A stretch of DNA of 64,000 nt from Flavobacteriales bacterium (GCA_049890095.1 JBMHCD010000007.1:16422-80421); one strand, 5' to 3'; numbered from the stretch's first letter, positions 19,627 through 28,841 are shown. Numbers and translations: made by a program. The notes: generated by a model not told the origin, from the sequence alone.

Positions 19627-19627
19627 T

Positions 19628-20533
19628 TTAATTAAGTTCTTTCCAAATTAAAGCACTAGATCCCAATATAGCGGCATCAACACCGTCTAAAGAAGAAGGA
19701 ACAATTTGAACTTTATTTTTATAAATAGGTAATAAATTTTCTTCCATATAATTTTTTGTCTTATCGAAAATTAAATCTTGTGCATTTGCTAGTCCTCCAA
19801 ATAAAAATATCATTCTTGGACTTGTTATAGCAACTGCGTTGGCAAGAGCCATTCCTAAAATTTTTGAAGTATAATCAAAAGCTTCTAATGCCCACTTTTC
19901 TCCTTCAAAAGCTGCTTTAGCAACTTGTTCAGAAGTCATTTTTTTCTGAACCATTTCATAAGCTGTCTTGCTTAATCCAGTTGCCGAAGCATACGTTTCT
20001 AAACAACCTTTTCTGCCACAACCACACAAACGACCATCTGGGACTACAATTACATGACCTAGTTCTCCTGCAAATGCGTCATGGCCATATATAATATTAC
20101 CATTACTTACTATCCCACTACCTAAACCAGTGCCTAGCGTTACCATAATAAAATTATTTACCCCTTTAGCTCCTCCGTAAATCATTTCTCCTAAAGCAGC
20201 TGCATTTGCGTCATTAGTAACTAAAACAGGTAAATCAAAATATTTATTAAATAAATCCTTTAGTGGAACAACTCCATCCCAGTTTAAATTTGGAGCAAAC
20301 TCAATAGTTCCATTATAAAAATTTCCATTTGGAGCCCCCACTCCAACACCAACAGCTTCCAACGTTCCTAAGTTAGCAAGCAATTGAGTTGATACTTCAT
20401 TTACAAGTTGATCTGGCGTTTTATAGTCTGTAGTCTTAACACTTCCTTTCCATTCGAATTGTCCTTCAGGTGTTACCCAACCAAAAACAGTATTAGTTCC
20501 ACCTATATCAATTCCTGCACTTACTTTTTTCAT
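19628..20533 (-). CDS. ROK-family sugar kinase (glucokinase / N-acetylglucosamine kinase type)
   Basis: The ATG at 20533 gives MKKVSAGIDIGGTN. The ROK zinc motif is GRLCGCGRKGCLETYAS. There is a 1-nt gap to the GH92 start. Confidence 0.85.
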   Translation of the reverse strand: MKKVSAGIDIGGTNTVFGWVTPEGQFEWKGSVKTTDYKTPDQLVNEVSTQLLANLGTLEAVGVGVGAPNGNFYNGTIEFAPNLNWDGVVPLKDLFNKYFDLPVLVTNDANAAALGEMIYGGAKGVNNFIMVTLGTGLGSGIVSNGNIIYGHDAFAGELGHVIVVPDGRLCGCGRKGCLETYASATGLSKTAYEMVQKKMTSEQVAKAAFEGEKWALEAFDYTSKILGMALANAVAITSPRMIFLFGGLANAQDLIFDKTKNYMEENLLPIYKNKVQIVPSSLDGVDAAILGSSALIWKELN

Positions 20534-20645
20534 TAATACGAATTTATTGAATCCTACTTTTGTGTACAAATAAAAATATTATCGCACCCAAAATAAATGA
20601 ATATCAGACTATTAACTACTAAAAAGATCTTTCTTTTTTAAACAA

Positions 20646-21626
20646 TTATTTTAAAAAAGATGGAGAGTCATAAAGTTCATTTTTGTCATTCTGAAATAAT
20701 GCATAATTGAACCATGGATGAACTGCATATGCGCCATGTTCTCCCTTTTTATTAACAGCCAAATAACCAATTTGAATATCTTTATAATTTTGATTTTTAG
20801 TAATTCTGGCAACTGCTTGTTCGCAAGCTTCTTGTGGTGAAGCTCCTTGTCGCATTAACTCAACTACTAAAAAGGAACCAAGTGTTTTAATAACTGCTTC
20901 CCCCATGCCAGTTGCACAACAGCCTCCTACTTCATTGTCTACAAAAAGTCCAGCTCCTATAATTGGAGAATCTCCAACTCGACCGTGCATTTTCCACGAA
21001 AGTCCAGATGTCGTACAAGCACCCGAAATATCACCATTTTGATCTAGTGCCAAAAGACCTATTGTATCATGGTTTTCTACATTAATAATAGGCTCATATT
21101 TTGCGTTTATTTTCCATTCTTCCCATTTCTTTTTAGCTTCTTGGGTTAGTAAATTTTCTTTTTCAAACCCTTTGGAAAGAGCAAAGTCTAACGCTCCCTT
21201 TCCTGAAAGCATTACATGAGGTGTATCATCCATAACTTTTCTAGCTACAGAAATAGGGTGTTTAATATGTTGTAAAAAAGAAACCGCTCCACAATTTCCT
21301 TTGTGATCCATAATACAGGCGTCTAAGGTAACTTTCCCGTCTCTATCAGGTAGGCCCCCATACCCTACCGACATCGATTTAGGATCTGCTTCAGGAACTC
21401 GTACTCCTACTTCAACTGCATCTATGCTTTTACCTCCATTTCTCAACACATCCATTGCTGCTACATTTGCTTCTAAACCATGATTCCATGTTGAAATAAC
21501 TAAAGGATATCCTTTAGATGAATTAGGGTTTGTTTTTGCAGCGTTAAAAGATGAAAGCTTAGGAATAAAAAATGTTCCTAATGCACCTAATGCAGTTCCC
21601 TTAATAAAGTTTCGTCTACTACTCAT
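20646..21626 (-). CDS. N4-(beta-N-acetylglucosaminyl)-L-asparaginase (glycosylasparaginase), Ntn hydrolase
   Basis: 326 aa. The Tat-like signal is SRRNFIKGTALGALG. The autoprocessing site context is NHDTIGLLALD. GRVGDSPIIGAG and GxGE (TGMGEAVI) motifs are present. Confidence 0.88.
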   Translation of the reverse strand: MSSRRNFIKGTALGALGTFFIPKLSSFNAAKTNPNSSKGYPLVISTWNHGLEANVAAMDVLRNGGKSIDAVEVGVRVPEADPKSMSVGYGGLPDRDGKVTLDACIMDHKGNCGAVSFLQHIKHPISVARKVMDDTPHVMLSGKGALDFALSKGFEKENLLTQEAKKKWEEWKINAKYEPIINVENHDTIGLLALDQNGDISGACTTSGLSWKMHGRVGDSPIIGAGLFVDNEVGGCCATGMGEAVIKTLGSFLVVELMRQGASPQEACEQAVARITKNQNYKDIQIGYLAVNKKGEHGAYAVHPWFNYALFQNDKNELYDSPSFLK

Positions 21627-21739
21627 TGTTGAAAGGTATTACATAGTAAGTAACTAAATAAATTAATATACTTTACTGAACGTTGACTGTAAATCTTGTG
21701 TATAATCATCTATAAAATTCTTATTGATTTTTAAAAATT

Positions 21740-22255
21740 TCAATCCATTTGATGATTTATATTCACTTTTTTTAACTCTTTGTAATAAGAATCAATTCTA
21801 GCATGAGCTGTTCCATCTATTAACAATATAACTATGAGCATAGCTATTGTTGTTATACTTATTGCTCGCCAAATTGGTGTACTAGCAAAAACAATAAGTA
21901 AAGCAGCAATCGCAATTATAATCGGAATGGATTTAAAAACTACGGTTTGATACTCTTTTAATGTTCTTTCAGCTCGATCAATTTCAGATTGAACGAACAA
22001 AGAAGAATCTGCTTTATATGCTCTTTCAAATTCCGAAATCCTGTATTTATTTGTGAAAAACAATCCTATTCCTATGATTAAAAGCAAAAGTCCTGAAATT
22101 AAAGTTGGTATAACATAAGCTTTTGCAATTTCTGTTTTGCCTAACTGCCAAAAACCAAAACTTGCCACCAAAAAAAGGACTGCAAAAACAATAAAAAATC
22201 GAGTAGAAAAGACCTCTGCTTGTGCCCATTCTGTTGCTAATTTTAATACATCCAT
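21740..22255 (-). CDS. hypothetical membrane protein (about 4 TM helices)
   Basis: 171 aa with four long hydrophobic segments. No family is recognised. Confidence 0.5.
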   Translation of the reverse strand: MDVLKLATEWAQAEVFSTRFFIVFAVLFLVASFGFWQLGKTEIAKAYVIPTLISGLLLLIIGIGLFFTNKYRISEFERAYKADSSLFVQSEIDRAERTLKEYQTVVFKSIPIIIAIAALLIVFASTPIWRAISITTIAMLIVILLIDGTAHARIDSYYKELKKVNINHQMD

Positions 22256-22268
22256 AAGTTTATTTTAT

Positions 22269-22955
22269 TTATAATTCTTCAAAGTTCTCTAAAAAATTTT
22301 CTACCAATTCTATCTGGGTTCTTCTTGGAGGATCTTGTTTTTTGTCTGTTGCTGACATATGAAATTCCTTAAGTCCATGTGCATACAGCTGCAAAGCAGA
22401 AACAACATCCAAAGCTCCTCCAGCAATAATACTAATTTCTGAATCGGATAAATCATAAAGTTGTTTTATATTTTCAATTCCTTCTTTTACCGAAGTTTGC
22501 CTCCCAGAAGTTAAAACACTAGAGCAACCTGTACTAATTACATCCATTAAAGCCTTTTTTGAATCTTTTACTTCATCAAAAGCCCTGTTAAAAGTAACCG
22601 ACATTAGTCCAGCCGCCTTTACCATTCTTTTGGTTTTTTCTATATCTATATTGAAGTTTTTGTCTAATGCTCCAACAACAACTCCATCACAACCAACTTG
22701 TTTACAAAAATCAATATCTTGTATTATTTGTTCCATTTCGAGCTCAGAATAACAAAAATTTCCTGCTCTAGGACGAATAAGTACAAACAAATCTACTTCT
22801 AACACTTCACTTGCCATGCATATTGCTGCAGCAGATGGAGTAGTTCCTCCTAATTCTAAATTGGCACAGAGTTCTATTCTGTGAGCCCCTCCAGCCTGAC
22901 CATTAATGGCAGATTCTACTGAATTTGCACAACACTCTAATTTAATTTTTGACAT
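22269..22955 (-). CDS. cutC: CutC-family TIM-barrel protein
   Basis: 228 aa. CutC N-terminal signature: LECCANSVESAINGQAGGAHRIELCANLELGGTTPS. Confidence 0.85.
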   Translation of the reverse strand: MSKIKLECCANSVESAINGQAGGAHRIELCANLELGGTTPSAAAICMASEVLEVDLFVLIRPRAGNFCYSELEMEQIIQDIDFCKQVGCDGVVVGALDKNFNIDIEKTKRMVKAAGLMSVTFNRAFDEVKDSKKALMDVISTGCSSVLTSGRQTSVKEGIENIKQLYDLSDSEISIIAGGALDVVSALQLYAHGLKEFHMSATDKKQDPPRRTQIELVENFLENFEEL

Positions 22956-22966
22956 AGACCAAAAAT

Positions 22967-23002
22967 AAAAAAAAGACCTTGATCGTTAATCAAGGTCTTT
23001 TT
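22967..23002 (-). terminator. intrinsic terminator after the TonB-dependent-like receptor gene
   Basis: Stem gaccttgat (22975-22983) pairs with atcaaggtc (22989-22997) around a 5-nt loop. The A-run at 22967-22974 is the U-tract on the minus strand. Confidence 0.75.
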
Positions 23003-23023
23003 ATATTTATAAAAAATAAGCTT

Positions 23024-25501
23024 TTAAAATTCACTGTCTCCTCCTTGCATTAAATCATCATTTTTAATATTAGTATTTTCTTTTATAGAATTAAACCTTA
23101 GCTCACCAAAAGTATATTTAAAACTAATTCCAATAGATCTAAACAAGACATCTCTTTGTTCAAAAATATAAAAATCATCTCCTGTAGTTTCCGTAACAAA
23201 AGGCTTATAGTTTTTAAACGGCTCCGTAAACCTAAGACCAATAGAGCCTTTTTTATTGCTAAATTCTTTTTTGAACCCTAAACTAAACATAGAAAATCCA
23301 GGAGAAAAACCTTGAGAAGTTTGGTTTGGAGATCTAAAAAACCCATACGTTTCTGCCTTATATCCTTTTCCTAAATCATAATTACCTCCCATATTCCAAT
23401 TATACAATACTCGACCAATATCCCTAGTTGTTGTTTGATAAGTAAAAAGATTAAATCCACCCCTCAGGCTTAACTCACCTAATGAAATAGATCCATAATA
23501 ATTGAATCCTATTGAATTGTTTTGTGAAAGGTTTTCAAATCGAGTAACATAAACAGAATCTTCAAATTCAGTGTAAGCCTCGATTAGGTCAACGGATTTT
23601 TTTGCAAATAAATAATAACTGCCTTTATACTTTCTATCAAAACTATTATATCCAATCTCTAATTGATGAGTTAAAGCTGGTTTTAAAAACGGATTCCCTA
23701 CACTTACATTAAATTGATCTGTATTTGAGCTATTAGTGTTAATAAATCTCATTCCAGGTCTTGAAATCCTTTTACTGTAACTAGCTTTTATAGATTTCAT
23801 CATATCTATCTTTTTAGAGAGAATTAGATTTGGTAAAATAGTAAGGTAATCATTATCAAACGATTCTCTTTGATTCTGTACCCAGCTATCATTGTTTTTG
23901 GAATTCCATTTACCATTAATTTCTGTACTTTCAGCTCTAAGTCCAGCAACTAAACCTATATCCTTTGTTAGTTCCCATTTAGTAGAAATATATAATGCTG
24001 ATACATCCTGTTGGTAATCAAATTGTTCTAAAGGAACCGTGTAAACTATAGAGTCGAAAGTAGAATATTGATTAATCATATTTCTATTTATGTACTTTGC
24101 TCCCAATTCTATTGTATGCTTGTCCTTTAATGGATGAGTATAATCTATCTGAAAGGTATAGGATAACGGACTTCCATCATTTTTATTTATTGTACTGTCT
24201 ACAGCTAAGGATTGTGAATTTAACTGATAAACATTATAATCTTCGTCAACAATATCATTTCCCAACTGAAATGCAAACCTCAACTCCCTATCTTCGTGGT
24301 CTGAAAACTGTTTTACATAATCGGTCGTCCATTCATAACCATATCGAAGACTTTTAGTATTAGTATATCTACTGGTATCTTGTACAATAAAGGCGAATTC
24401 ATCCAAAAATTCGTCTGATAAAATACTAGTATATGTACTGTCAAAAGCCCACTCTTCATTAGTTTGTCTGTTTCCTCTTAAATTGACACTAGAGACAATA
24501 CTATTGTACGGATTGATATTGTAAAAAATTTCAGAAGAACCTCCAAAACCAATCCATTGACCTTTAGTTTGTGCATTTTGGAAAATCGTTTGTTCTTCGA
24601 TAAAGTTTTTTTGATATCTAGTTTCTTGCCCCGACAAAGGCCAACCGTATCTTGCAGAAGCTCTAGCAGAAATACCAAATTTATCTGTTCCGTAATTAAT
24701 ATCTGCCGATTGCCTGTTTACTCTTGTCCCTACAGAGCCTCTTATTGAGCTTTTGAAACCACGAATACTTTTCTGTTGAGTAATAATATTTATAATTCCT
24801 GAGCTTCCTTCTCCCTCATATTTTGCTGTTGGACTAGTAATAACTTCTACACTTTTTACCTGATCAGCTGGTATCATTTGAAGCGCATCTGCTGCTGAAC
24901 TAGAAAAAAAAGTTGACTCTTTTCCATTTACCAAAAACTTAACATTAGAAGACCCTCTTAGACTAACGTTTCCTTCTAAGTCGACCGATAAAAGAGGTGT
25001 TTTTCGTAATACGTCTGTAGCATCGTCCAAAGATTCATTAAGGTCGTTTTCTGCATTATAAACGATCTTTTCCATTTTACTTTCATAAATCGGTTTATCT
25101 TCCACAATTGAAACAGCATCCAAAGAAACTGCACTAGGCTTTACTTTCACTTTTTTAAGATAAACAAAGGTTTTATTTTTATTTAACTCTACCTCAACTC
25201 TGGTCTGTTCATATCCAATGTAATTGATTAAAAAGTAATAAGGTGATAGGCCTAACTCCTTAAATTCAAATGTTCCTTTATCATCAGAAATTGTTCCTTC
25301 CATTAAGATATCGTTCATTCTAAAAAGTCGAACATTTGCAAATGATAATGCTTCTCCTGTTTCAGCATCTACCAACTTTCCCGATATCTTACCATTGTGT
25401 AAGGCAGCATTCGACCCTCTACCGCCAAATGACACACCTGGCGGCTGAGCCCACGCCAAAAGCGAAACAAAAAAAAGTGTTAGTGTTAAGTAATTTTTCA
25501 T
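23024..25501 (-). CDS. TonB-dependent-receptor-like outer membrane beta-barrel protein with N-terminal carboxypeptidase-regulatory-like domain
   Basis: 825 aa with a signal peptide. CarboxypepD_reg-like segment: KISGKLVDAETGEALSFANVRLF. Plug-like segment: VLRKTPLLSVDLEGNVSLRGSS. A long barrel ends in a terminal Phe. Confidence 0.8.
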   Translation of the reverse strand: MKNYLTLTLFFVSLLAWAQPPGVSFGGRGSNAALHNGKISGKLVDAETGEALSFANVRLFRMNDILMEGTISDDKGTFEFKELGLSPYYFLINYIGYEQTRVEVELNKNKTFVYLKKVKVKPSAVSLDAVSIVEDKPIYESKMEKIVYNAENDLNESLDDATDVLRKTPLLSVDLEGNVSLRGSSNVKFLVNGKESTFFSSSAADALQMIPADQVKSVEVITSPTAKYEGEGSSGIINIITQQKSIRGFKSSIRGSVGTRVNRQSADINYGTDKFGISARASARYGWPLSGQETRYQKNFIEEQTIFQNAQTKGQWIGFGGSSEIFYNINPYNSIVSSVNLRGNRQTNEEWAFDSTYTSILSDEFLDEFAFIVQDTSRYTNTKSLRYGYEWTTDYVKQFSDHEDRELRFAFQLGNDIVDEDYNVYQLNSQSLAVDSTINKNDGSPLSYTFQIDYTHPLKDKHTIELGAKYINRNMINQYSTFDSIVYTVPLEQFDYQQDVSALYISTKWELTKDIGLVAGLRAESTEINGKWNSKNNDSWVQNQRESFDNDYLTILPNLILSKKIDMMKSIKASYSKRISRPGMRFINTNSSNTDQFNVSVGNPFLKPALTHQLEIGYNSFDRKYKGSYYLFAKKSVDLIEAYTEFEDSVYVTRFENLSQNNSIGFNYYGSISLGELSLRGGFNLFTYQTTTRDIGRVLYNWNMGGNYDLGKGYKAETYGFFRSPNQTSQGFSPGFSMFSLGFKKEFSNKKGSIGLRFTEPFKNYKPFVTETTGDDFYIFEQRDVLFRSIGISFKYTFGELRFNSIKENTNIKNDDLMQGGDSEF

Positions 25502-25536
25502 GGGGCAAATTTACTGCTTTTTATTCTTAATTATTT

Positions 25537-25544
25537 TATTTTTG
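25537..25544 (+). promoter_or_regulatory. candidate -7 element TAnnTTTG immediately upstream of the DUF2461 start codon
   Basis: TATTTTTG ends 4 nt before the ATG at 25549. Confidence 0.3.
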
Positions 25545-25548
25545 ACTC

Positions 25549-26229
25549 ATGAAAAATATGCCTTCTATTTCTCAAAGTACGTTAACCTACCTTTCTGAAT
25601 TAAAAAATAATAATAATCGAAATTGGTTTTTAAAAAATAAGAGTAAATATCTCCTCGCTATCGATCAAATAAAATCTCTTTCTAATTATCTCACAACAGA
25701 AATAGAAGAACACGACTCCTTGGAAAAAAGTAGAGTGTTACGGATTTATCGAGATGTCCGTTTTTCTAAAAATAAAAGTCCATACAAAACTCATTTTGGT
25801 ATTGGTTTTAGCCGTAGTAAACCTAACTTACGTGGTAGTTATTATTTACATATAGAACCCAAACAATCTTTTTTAGGCTGTGGGTTTTGGGATCCACAAC
25901 CACAAGATTTACTACGAATTCGTAAAGAGCTGGAATATTCTGGTGATGAATTCCGGACGATCATTCAAAAAAAAGCATTCAAACAACTATGGGGAACATT
26001 AAAGGGAAATGAAGTTAAAACTAAACCAAAAGGCTTTGACATAAATCATCCAAACATAGATCTTATCAGAAAAAAACAACTTTTGTTTAGCATCCCTTTT
26101 AGCAACAAACAAGTATTAGACAGCGGTTTTCCAGATAAAATAAACGAAGCTATTATTGAAATTAGACCTTTTTTAGACTTCATGTCGCATACTCTCACAA
26201 CCAATCTAAATGGGGAGTCTATTCTCTAA
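25549..26229 (+). CDS. DUF2461 (TIGR02453) family protein
   Basis: 226 aa. Family-typical motifs are LSELKNNNNRNWF and YRDVRFSKNKSPYKTHF. Confidence 0.75.
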   Translation: MKNMPSISQSTLTYLSELKNNNNRNWFLKNKSKYLLAIDQIKSLSNYLTTEIEEHDSLEKSRVLRIYRDVRFSKNKSPYKTHFGIGFSRSKPNLRGSYYLHIEPKQSFLGCGFWDPQPQDLLRIRKELEYSGDEFRTIIQKKAFKQLWGTLKGNEVKTKPKGFDINHPNIDLIRKKQLLFSIPFSNKQVLDSGFPDKINEAIIEIRPFLDFMSHTLTTNLNGESIL

Positions 26230-26624
26230 ATTAAACTAGATTGATCTTGTAGGCGCTGTATTAACATTCCACTTATTCTTCGGTTTATCTCCGATCGATT
26301 TTGACAATAAACTTGAAGTTCATCGTCAGTAAACATAGCAATCACCACTCCAATCATCATATTTTTAAATAACTGATTTTGACCTACTGCTTTTTTTATA
26401 CAATACTCTTTTTCTTTTTGAACCAAATCAGAAAACGATAACTTATATTTTTCGGTATAATTTTTAAATAAAATTAAAAAAACTTCATTCTGATATTTTA
26501 AAATAGGTCGTAATACTTGATTCTGAAATTGCTCTATTTTTTTAGACTCCATCTCGTAATCTATCTGCTCTATGATAGGACGTAATGCTCTTATTTGTTT
26601 GTTTCTTTCTCCCAAAATAATCAA
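26226..26624 (-). CDS. hypothetical protein (132 aa)
   Basis: ORF only, predicted helical. It is convergent with DUF2461 (4-nt overlap) and divergent from umuD. Confidence 0.45.
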   Translation of the reverse strand: MIILGERNKQIRALRPIIEQIDYEMESKKIEQFQNQVLRPILKYQNEVFLILFKNYTEKYKLSFSDLVQKEKEYCIKKAVGQNQLFKNMMIGVVIAMFTDDELQVYCQNRSEINRRISGMLIQRLQDQSSLI

Positions 26625-26649
26625 TTATATAAGTACAAATTTAGCGATA

Positions 26650-26657
26650 TATTTTTG
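26650..26657 (+). promoter_or_regulatory. candidate -7 element TAnnTTTG upstream of umuD
   Basis: TATTTTTG lies 64 nt before the ATG at 26722. Confidence 0.25.
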
Positions 26658-26721
26658 CTTAAATAATTGAATAAAATCCCATAATGTTTTTATAACTTTA
26701 TGCTTGAAACTTAACCTTACA

Positions 26722-27186
26722 ATGAAATTTAAATTTTTAAATACTAATAAAGATTTAGTCTTTTATTCGGTAGAAGACGCCTCTTTAGATAATGTTCCTC
26801 TTTATGGAGATGGTGTCCCTGCTGGTTTTCCTTCTCCTGCCGATGATTATCTAGACATGGATCTCAACTTGCATGATTATCTAGTTCAACATCCATCAGC
26901 AACTTTCTGTGTAAAAGCCATTGGAGATTCTATGGTTGATGCCGGAATACAAAACTCAGATGTTATGGTTGTGGATAGAGCACTCACCCCAAAAAACAAC
27001 GATATTGTTTTAGCTGTAATTGATGGCGAATTTACGGTTAAGCATATTAAAAAAAATAATGACGAACTCTACCTAATGCCTGCAAACGAAAACTACAGAC
27101 CTATAAAAATAACTCCCGAAATGAACTTTCAAGTTTGGGGGGTAGTTACCTTCATAATACATAAAGCCAATGCTAGCACTAGCTGA
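26722..27186 (+). CDS. umuD: S24 LexA-like peptidase, translesion polymerase V accessory subunit UmuD
   Basis: The ATG at 26722 is preferred over the TTG at 26704. The cleavage region is GVPAGFPSPADDY, the Ser motif is GDSMVDAGI and the Lys context is FTVKHIKK. Confidence 0.85.
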   Translation: MKFKFLNTNKDLVFYSVEDASLDNVPLYGDGVPAGFPSPADDYLDMDLNLHDYLVQHPSATFCVKAIGDSMVDAGIQNSDVMVVDRALTPKNNDIVLAVIDGEFTVKHIKKNNDELYLMPANENYRPIKITPEMNFQVWGVVTFIIHKANASTS

Positions 27187-28423
27187 TTGTAATAATTTTT
27201 ACGCTTCTTGCGAACGAGTATTTCAGCCCAAGCTACAAAATAAGCCTGTGGTTGTCCTCTCTAATAATGATGGATGTATTATTGCTCGTAGCAATGAAGC
27301 AAAAGCATTAGGAATTAAAATGGGGGAGCCTGCCTTCAAACTAAAACCAATTATAAAAAAAGAAAATGTTCATGTGTTTTCTTCTAACTTTACTCTATAC
27401 GGAGATATGTCTAAGCGAGTAATGAGTACCATGAGAGAAGAAGTAAAACGCATGGAAGTATATTCCATAGATGAAGCCTTCATGGACTTTAAAAACGAAG
27501 GAAGTCCCAAAGAAAAAGCTATTGCTATAAGAAAAAAAGTAATGCAATATACAGGCATCCCTATCTCTATAGGTGTTGCTCCAACAAAAACATTGTGTAA
27601 AGTTGCAGGTTTAATCGCCAAAAAATATACTTCAACAGGTGTTTTTGTTTTAGACGAACCCTTGTTAATAGAACGAGCATTAAAGTGGTTGCCGATAGAC
27701 GAACTTTGGGGAGTTGGACGAAAACACGCCAAGCTTCTAAACAATTTTGGAATAAAAACAGCATTTGATTTGTGTAAAGCAGATGATAGTTGGATAAAAA
27801 GACGCTTATCTGTAGTAGGTTTGAGAATGGTAAAAGAATTAAGAGGAATCCCCTGTTTTGCATTAGAAGAGAACGCCAAGCAAAAAAAGAATATTTGTAC
27901 TTCAAGATCTTTTGGAAAAGAAATTTCTCAACTCCACGAACTCAAGGAGTCAATAAGTAGCTTTGCCAACGACTGTGCTTACAAATTACGACAACAAAAA
28001 AGTTGTGCAACAAGAATTACTGTTTTTATCACTACTAATCCTTTTAAACCACAGGCAAAACAATATAAAGGTATGACAAGCCTAACAATGGATAGCCCGA
28101 GTAATGACAGCATCCAAATCGTTCGGCTTGCCCTAGAAGGGTTGAATAAAATATATCGAGATAATCACGTTTATAAAAAAGCAGGTATTATTGTTAGCGA
28201 TATTGTACCACAATCTCAACAACAGCTCAGTTTATTCGAATCTATAAATAGAAAAAAACATCAAAAAATAATGTCTTCCATCGATCAAATTAATGATCGA
28301 ATGGGAAAAAACAAAGTTAGGTTAGCTGTACAAGGATACAAGGCAAGCTGGAATATAAAACAAGAAAAACTCTCTCCATGTTATTCTACTAGAATAAAAG
28401 ACGCTTTAATAGTAAAGTTATAA
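27170..28423 (+). CDS. umuC: Y-family DNA polymerase (UmuC-type)
   Basis: 417 aa. The N-terminus is LADCNNFYASCERVFQPKL...VVVLSNNDGCIIARS, and SIDEAF is present. It overlaps umuD by 17 nt. Confidence 0.9.
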   Translation: MLALADCNNFYASCERVFQPKLQNKPVVVLSNNDGCIIARSNEAKALGIKMGEPAFKLKPIIKKENVHVFSSNFTLYGDMSKRVMSTMREEVKRMEVYSIDEAFMDFKNEGSPKEKAIAIRKKVMQYTGIPISIGVAPTKTLCKVAGLIAKKYTSTGVFVLDEPLLIERALKWLPIDELWGVGRKHAKLLNNFGIKTAFDLCKADDSWIKRRLSVVGLRMVKELRGIPCFALEENAKQKKNICTSRSFGKEISQLHELKESISSFANDCAYKLRQQKSCATRITVFITTNPFKPQAKQYKGMTSLTMDSPSNDSIQIVRLALEGLNKIYRDNHVYKKAGIIVSDIVPQSQQQLSLFESINRKKHQKIMSSIDQINDRMGKNKVRLAVQGYKASWNIKQEKLSPCYSTRIKDALIVKL

Positions 28424-28430
28424 AAATTTT

Positions 28431-28438
28431 TACCTTTG
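28431..28438 (+). promoter_or_regulatory. candidate -7 element TAnnTTTG upstream of the CTD-only ORF
   Basis: TACCTTTG lies 25 nt before the ATG at 28464. Confidence 0.3.
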
Positions 28439-28463
28439 TAAGAACACTTAAAGTTTATTGAAC

Positions 28464-28820
28464 ATGAAAATTGCTTACGCTGCTATAATTTTATGTGTTA
28501 TTGAAGAATCATCTAACGGATGTTATTCCGATACAATATGTATAACTATTGAAACAAATACAACATCCATAAATGATAATAATTATGGTATACAGATTTA
28601 CCCAAACCCTATGACCAACTATAGTTTTGTAAAAATAGAAAATACAAGCTATTTTGATTATCTAACACTACTAGATATAAGAGGTCGGATTTTAAGACAT
28701 TATACTATTGAAAATAAAACGTCATTAAAAATAGATAAAAACGAGCTTTCAAAAGGATTATACTATTTGAGATTTAGTGGCGATACAGAAAACATATACA
28801 GGTCCATTGTCATAAAGTAA
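28464..28820 (+). CDS. mini-protein consisting almost only of a T9SS type A C-terminal sorting domain (possible gene remnant)
   Basis: 118 aa. A hydrophobic N-terminus (MKIAYAAIILCVI) is followed by ~25 residues. Then comes a CTD-like IQIYPNPMTNYSFVKIE...LLDIRGRIL...GLYYLRFSG...SIVIK. Confidence 0.55.
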   Translation: MKIAYAAIILCVIEESSNGCYSDTICITIETNTTSINDNNYGIQIYPNPMTNYSFVKIENTSYFDYLTLLDIRGRILRHYTIENKTSLKIDKNELSKGLYYLRFSGDTENIYRSIVIK

Positions 28821-28841
28821 TTATCTTTTCTAATAAGTTGT

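Noticed and set aside
26625-26721. A possible LexA/SOS box upstream of umuD.
   Set aside because: Only a short AT palindrome (TTATATAA) is present, which is uninformative in AT-rich DNA. No convincing inverted repeat with a conserved core was seen.
27370-27905. Two long antisense ORFs (169 aa and 112 aa) inside umuC.
   Set aside because: They lie entirely within a well-supported Y-family polymerase gene on the opposite strand. They have low-complexity, Leu/Ser/Phe-rich composition typical of shadow ORFs in AT-rich DNA and no motif. The same reasoning applies to the other antisense ORFs in the track, for example 244-561, 2936-3178, 4496-4783, 6189-6518, 12666-12977, 17262-17525, 24097-24357, 35177-35395, 37703-38083 and 61622-61852.
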